DNA of 64,000 nt from Nemertoderma westbladi (taxonomy: Eukaryota > Animalia > Xenacoelomorpha), in NCBI GenBank assembly GCA_032718475.1, contig JAUCBJ010007137.1, positions 1 to 64,000 on the forward strand, in the 5' to 3' direction. The stretch's first letter is position 1, and every line of letters begins with the position of its first letter. The notes under the pieces are model-generated. The model did no database searches and was not told the origin of the DNA. It saw only the letters and a program-made list of their open reading frames with translations. Below are positions 57,908 through 64,000 of the stretch, in pieces. The position numbers and the translations under genes are program-made.

Positions 57908-60900
57908 CTATTTACTAACATTGGGTAGAGATCTGTAGTCTCCTGTCTCGTTTCTAGTCTCCTCAAGGAGTACGAGACGTTGTACAGGCCTATCTACGGT
58001 ACGGCCGTCGATAGTCCTTACAGTAACTGTCCTTATTACACCAGATGTAGGGTGTGTGGTCAAAATGACTCCAGTCAGCCAAAACCGTCTTTTCAGATTG
58101 ACTTCAGCCAATAAAACGTGGTCACCACGTCTCAAACATCGTGTATTAAGATACCAAGAGGTTCTGGTCGAAATAGAGGGCAAATAATATTTCTGCCATA
58201 TTTCCCAGAATTTATTTGCAAGTAATTGAGTGATTTTCCAAGCCTTGTTGCCGTATCCGTCGCTATTAACGGGTACCGAAATGGGCAACAATGTCGTCGG
58301 CGCCTGCATAAGCAGGTGCGCTGGTGTCAAGGCAAACTGTGCGTCGTTATTGTCTGGGATCAAAGCGATCGGTCTAGTATTTAAAATCGCTTCGATTTCT
58401 ATTAAAAACGTCGTCAGTTGGTCGTCTGTTAATATGTGTTGCGTCGGTATTACTTTAGCCATAGCTGTCTTTATTGAGCCAATCAGCCTTTCCCAAACGC
58501 CGCCTCTCCACGGACTGTCTGGAGCATTAAAATTCCAAACAATTCGGTGAGGACGTAGTTACTCGGAAATCTGGTTTTGGTCCAACTTTCTCAAAGCTCT
58601 GGTTATTTCGTTCCGTGCACCCACAAAGTTTGTCCCTTGGTCGCAATAAATGGATTTGACCAATCCACGTCTAGCGACAAATCGCCGTAAGGCTAGGATA
58701 AAGGCATTGGTGGTTAAATCTGTCACACGCTCGATATGGACAGCTCTGCTGGCCATGCAAGTGAAGATTAATCCCCAACGTTTTACCTGTACCCTTCCGC
58801 GTTTCGCGATTATGGGTCCAAAACAGTCTATCCCTGTCTCAGTGAAAGGGGGTCTAAACGCCTGTAATCTTGCTAGTGGTAGTTCACTCATTTCCTGGTG
58901 TTCTATCCGCGCGTGCACCTTCTTACAAATCATACAGTTCCGTGTTACCGAACTCAGTGCCTTGTTAGGCCTAATCAGTACAAACCTCGATCGTAAGTGT
59001 GATAGGCAGTGATGTCTACCCACGTGTTTGAGTTGTACATGTGCGTCCAGTATCATAGCGCGCTGTAACTCATGGTGTTGCGGTATGATGATAGGATACC
59101 TAAAGTCTAGTGCAAAGTCGATGTTTTGGAGTCTGGACTTGTGACAAAGTAAGCCCCGGTAAATAATCGGTCTCCAACTCAAAATCGGTGAAGACTTGAT
59201 CTGTTTACCTTGGTTGATCGCTGTGAACTCTCGTGCGAAATATCGCAATTTATAATGGCGAATGATATCAACTTCACAATGACCAACTTCCTTTAAGGTA
59301 AGTCTTCTAGGAAAGTCGCGTTTGCCTCTGGCATATTGTCTCAAACGTTTGAGCCATGCTAACTTGCGGCACGCGTCAGTCCATGATCTAGTTAGGTTCA
59401 CTATCCTGTCAACGTAAGTGTTAGTGACGTCATCAGGTAAGGTATAGTTATGGTGTGGATACTTGTCTGGACTTGGTAGGCCCACGGACCTTCCGGTAGG
59501 TTTGTCTGAGTCCCCAAGTATGTCAATCTCCATGGTCTTACCTTTACCGTCCACTCCTAGTGAGTTGACTGGCAGTAACGGTTTCAACTCTACAGTATCA
59601 GTGTGTTCCTGTGAGCCTGTAAGATTCCTAACCTTAGTCACACGTTTACCTGTAGGTGGTGGTAAGTCAAGCATTTTCTTTGAGCGGAGTGTGATCGCTG
59701 TGGCCACACCTTTATCGTTCAAAGAAGTCAAATTTGGTAAGTTTCTAAATGTCCGCTCCAATGGGTCTTCTACTGGAGTGTCTAGTAGACAGTCTGGTGA
59801 AGCGTCCAGTAGACAGTCTGGTGAGACGTCTGGTGAGACATAGCACGGAACATCCGGCGAAATGTCCTGTCGTCGGTCCCAAAGAAAGTCTGGTGTAACT
59901 TCTGTCAGAAAGTCTGGTCTAAAGTCTGGTGGACAGTCTGTCGCGATGTCTGGTTGAAAGTCTGGTGAGACGTCCGGTAGACAATCTGTTGAGAGTTCCA
60001 TAAAATAATCTGGCGAGCAATCTGGAGAACAATCTGGTGTCGCATCTGGTGAACAATCTGGTGTCGCTTCTGGTGAACAATCCGGCGAGTAATCTGGTGA
60101 ACAATCCGGCGAGTAATCTGGTGAACAATCCGGCGAAACGTTTGGTGAAATCCCCCGCGGAACATCCGGTGAAAGATTTGTACGAGCGTCTGGTCGAGAT
60201 TCTGGTGAGACGTCTGGCGTAATGTCAGGTCTAGCGTCCAGGTCATCAGATTTCGTCCGTCCTTGTTTCCTCTTGACCTTGGCGTTGGCTTTCGCTTTAG
60301 ATTTGACAACCTTGTCGATTTTTATCTTGGCACCCTCTGGTATGGTATTGGTTGTCGCGTCGAATAACGGTGGCCATTCGTCTGATGGTCGCTGTAGGAA
60401 ATCGAGACCTCTAAACCAAAAGGATTTATTGTCCGGTTTACAAAAGTCGAGTGGTAGCATCCCCAGTGACGCAATGTCAGCTGGGTTCAGCTTCCCTGGA
60501 CAGTGACGCCAATCTTGTTTGAGCGACTGGTCTAATATTTCAGCCCGTCTGTTGGCTACGAAAGTCTTGAACTCAAATGCTTTGTTGTTTATGTACCAAA
60601 GTACCAACGTCGCATCCGTCCAATATGTGACCTTCAAGTTAGCCTCCAGCTCGCGTTGAACTAGACTGACAATATCGGTGGATATCGTCCCGGCTTGCAG
60701 CTCTCCACGAGGTACAGTCATATACTTCAATGGCATTGTTCTAGCCTTAGAAGTAACGAGAGACACATCGTAGCTGTCCGATGTCACTTGTCGTCTAAAG
60801 GTATAACGTAACCCCCAATCCATCCTTGCTAGCGTCACTAAAGCTGTGAAGCTCTAAATCGGCAGGAAAGGTGGTCTGCAAAGGAAAGTATACCCTTGGT

Positions 60901-63900
60901 ATGGTATAGTCTTGTAGGAACGTCAGTTGGGCTTCCCAGTCCCTCCATTGCTCAGCTAACTTTTCTGGGATGGGATTGTCCCATTCCAGTCCGGCTTGCC
61001 AAATGCTGCGGAGTATGATCCTAGCATGTAGGATCACTGGACTAATGAAACACAATGGGTCATACAATCAACTCATGGTCGATAAGCAAGTCCTCTTAGT
61101 GAGAGGTCTAGTCTGGTCGTTGGACCTTACACGTACCCTAAAATTGTCGGTGTTAGGGTCCCAACTAAGTGCTAATACTTTGGTCGTCGGTAGAGGTTCT
61201 AGGTCTAAGTCTAAGTCACCTCCACTGCGATCCGTCGGGTCAAATGAGTTCACTAGTTCGGGTTCGTTGGAAACGAACTTCGTCAGGCGGAATCCGCCCT
61301 CAGTGAGACAATCCTGGAGTTGGTGTGCTACAGTTGTAGCGCGCTCCAAAGTGTCACAACTCTTGGGGCCGTCATCCACGTAGAAATCTCGTTCCTCTGT
61401 CCGAACTACTTCTGGGTCAAATTGGTCTCGTCTGTCTAGTGCGGTCTGCTTTAAGGCGTACATGGTGCAGTTGGGGCTGTCCCTGGCTCCGAAAACTCTT
61501 ACCTGCATTTGGTAAGTTTCTGGCGGAAGTTCTAAATTTCCGTCCGGATACCAAAGAAACCTCAAGCTGTCCCTGTCCCGCTCCAAAGCCTTAACCTGGT
61601 GAAACATGGCCTCTACGTCACAGGTGAAAGCCACTTTGCGTTGTCTAAAACGCATTAGGACTCACATGAGATAATTATTCATATTTGGCCCGTCCATCAA
61701 TTCGCTATTCATAGACATCCCTTGGTAAAGCGCGGCGCAGTTGTTGACTACACGCACCTTGCCAGGTTTGTCCGGGTGTCGAACAAAATGATGTGGCAGG
61801 TAATATGTCTGGTCTGTGGTTACCTCGAGATTTAACATCCTAATGGCGTATCCCTTTTGGAGATACGTCTGAAGTTGCGCATTGTATTGCATATGGGCCG
61901 TCTCGTCTCGCAACAATCGCTGCCTTATTGATTTGAGTCGCCTCAAAGCAAGCGGGTAATTGTTAACGAGCTTAGGTTTTCCATTGCGCCACAACATGCC
62001 AACCTCGTAGTGGCCATTCGCGGTCTGGCGAATGGTATCTCTCATAATATTTAATGACTGTTTTTCCTGTTCTGACATAGCGGTCTTGTAACTACTGGGT
62101 TCTGCTGAGTCCTGTTCCAACCATTGAATGGTCCGTTCAGTCAGCAGTCGGTCAAGCGCTGCTTGCACTGCGCCATGGTCCTCATCCACATCTTCGTCCG
62201 CTGCGGTGGCTAGTGTCAATGTGTCTCGTAGGCTCGCAAGCCTTCCGGTGTCACTAGTCGGCGTCGAATCGTCGTGCGACGGTTTGACAACTTCTTGATC
62301 TGTCGGTAGGCTTGCAAGCCTTCCAAGATCAACAACCGGTGTTGAAGCCTGGTGGGTGGGGTCAATGACCTTCGGATTTTTCGGTAGGCTCGCAAGCCTT
62401 CCAAAATCCTCGTTCATCGAGTCATCCACAGCAACAACCCTTTGGTCTTCGGTAGTCAATACAACCTGGTTTACTGCAAGTAGTTGTAAGTCAGAGGTTC
62501 GTGTGGTCATGTCCAGATCAGTTACGTCAGTATCAGTGGCGTCTGCGTTAGCGACGCAAGTCTGTCGTAGTGCAGTCTGTACAATTGGACCTCAGGAGTG
62601 TGAAGGAGAATTATCTATAGTGTTAGTCAATAAACTACACGTACTCAAAACGTCGTCCTCCTGATCACTTGCCTCTAGTGAACATATTGGTGCTCTAGTA
62701 TACCAACCTATGGGAGTTCTACATGCGTAGGGGTTGCCCGCTGTAATAACAGATGGGCGTGTCTCCCATACCTGATGTAAGTTAAACTGGTCTGTCCCAA
62801 ACAACATCGCGATTGAGCAATAATTGACAGGACATTCCGGTATTCCAAGGTGTCGGAAATACTTACAATCTTCCGGTGATTGCTCTGGCACAGGGTCGAG
62901 CAAGTTACTAAAGTCCTTCGTAGCTGCAAAGGTCAAATTTCTTACCGGAAGTAATGAGCGCTCCTCCTTGCTGTGTTCCGCTTTGGAAAGAAGAGTGTCT
63001 AAGGTTAGTTTTACTCTTGTAACAGGAATCGCTCTCTTACCATGCATGCTGCTTACAGTATACTGAGCAGTCTTACCTTGACTCATGTCCATAACCACGT
63101 TGGCTACTTGTTTGTCGACATAACTATGCGATGACGCAGAGTCTAAGATAGCGTATATACGCTTACTCCCTCGGGTTCCGGTAATCTTTATAGGAATCAC
63201 GCTAAACCCTTTCAATTGGTTCTGTGTGAGGAGTGTTACCAATGGCTGTTCCTCACCCGCATGCACGTAGAAAGTGTCATCTTCCTCCTCGTCCTCGTCC
63301 GATGATCCTGACTGGTTCATACAGTCTGTATAAAACGTACGGATCTCGTGCGGCGCACGCTCCTTGTATAGTGCGTCGCATCTAGCCGCTTTATATGGAT
63401 ACTCTCCTCGAAAGCGTTTGGTCGGAGTGTGACTAGTTGTGTGAAGTAACACGTGATGGTTACGTCCACACTGAGGACTTGTATCGTCGCTCAGGCAATC
63501 CTTCCGGATGTGCCCTGGCTTCGTACATCGCCAGCAAGAATCCAACTATCGAATTTGAAGTCTTCTCTCTTCGATTCCTAACTCCTTAAAAGCGCAAAAT
63601 CCACGAAGTTTATGTCTGCTATAGTTTCTGACGTTCCGCTCGCAGTATGAGAATCCCACAAAGTCCGCCGGCAACTGTTGTCGTGGCTGCGTGGTGCCAA
63701 TAGGTGTCAGAACTTTAGAAGTCTCAGTAGGGGTGGCATAGGTAACGGCTTTCGCGTTCGTCGGAAATGGTTTAGTCCGAGTCGGCGCAGAAATAGCTAT
63801 CCCTTCTGCCGCGATATGGTGATCAGTGTAATTCGATCGAGTCTCGATAACAGCCTCCCGCGAAATCAGTTGGTAGACGTCGGAGAGTTTTAATAGCCCG

Positions 63901-64000
63901 CCGGCTTCTTCACGCTGGTACTCAATGCGTCGCCATTCTCGTCAAAGTCGATGATGAAGTCGACCGATTATCCTGATGAGAACCGTCGGTGCATTAGCGT
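57908..64000 (-). pseudogene. gag-pol of element C with nonsense and frameshift lesions
   Basis: PR YAILDSAS, RT CDVEAMFHQV/FYVDD, RNase H FSDAS/WTDA/NPADIAS, IN DCFGP/CDQGTNF/WERL; in-frame stops at 61662, 61068 and 58559, plus frameshifts (e.g. ~60820). Confidence 0.92.

Larger units (their letters stand above)
55288..64000 (-). mobile_element. BEL/Pao element C (diverged relative of A/B): gag end, pol, ORF3 remnant and proximal half of 3' LTR
   Basis: Protein homology to B throughout; same PPT-like TTTTCATGGAGCGG followed by LTR start TGATGAATT at 56261. Confidence 0.93.

Overview
Repeat-rich eukaryotic (invertebrate animal-type) genomic DNA, not prokaryotic; no CRISPR or rRNA. The window is dominated by four BEL/Pao (Belpaoviridae) LTR retrotransposons. 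Elements A (1-6899, minus, cut by the window edge), B (36866-55282, plus, both ~1.9-kb LTRs present) and C (35770-64000, minus, with B inserted into its 3' LTR) form one unusual long-LTR lineage. Element D (24945-32217, minus) is a conventional, decayed short-LTR BEL. Between them lie RTE-like LINE fragments, several nested non-autonomous DNA transposons, mini/satellites and one probable host C2H2 zinc-finger exon. The most notable signal is the accessory kit of the A/B/C lineage: (i) an env-position ORF3 encoding a DEDDy (WRN/EXD/Mut-7-like) 3'-5' exonuclease plus three CCHC knuckles; (ii) a 20-nt stem-loop (consensus GGAAGRCTYGYRAGCCTWYC) repeated at least 22 times, always in the element's sense orientation, in coding and non-coding DNA; (iii) a tRNA-like Pol III A-box/B-box/oligo-T cassette in U3 of every LTR; (iv) a covarying pseudoknot between pol and ORF3. 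Element B has lost RT/RNase H, replaced by ~1.2 kb of unrecognised sequence, yet keeps ORF3. All calls were made by eye from the sequence and ORF track; no searches were run and functions are hypotheses.
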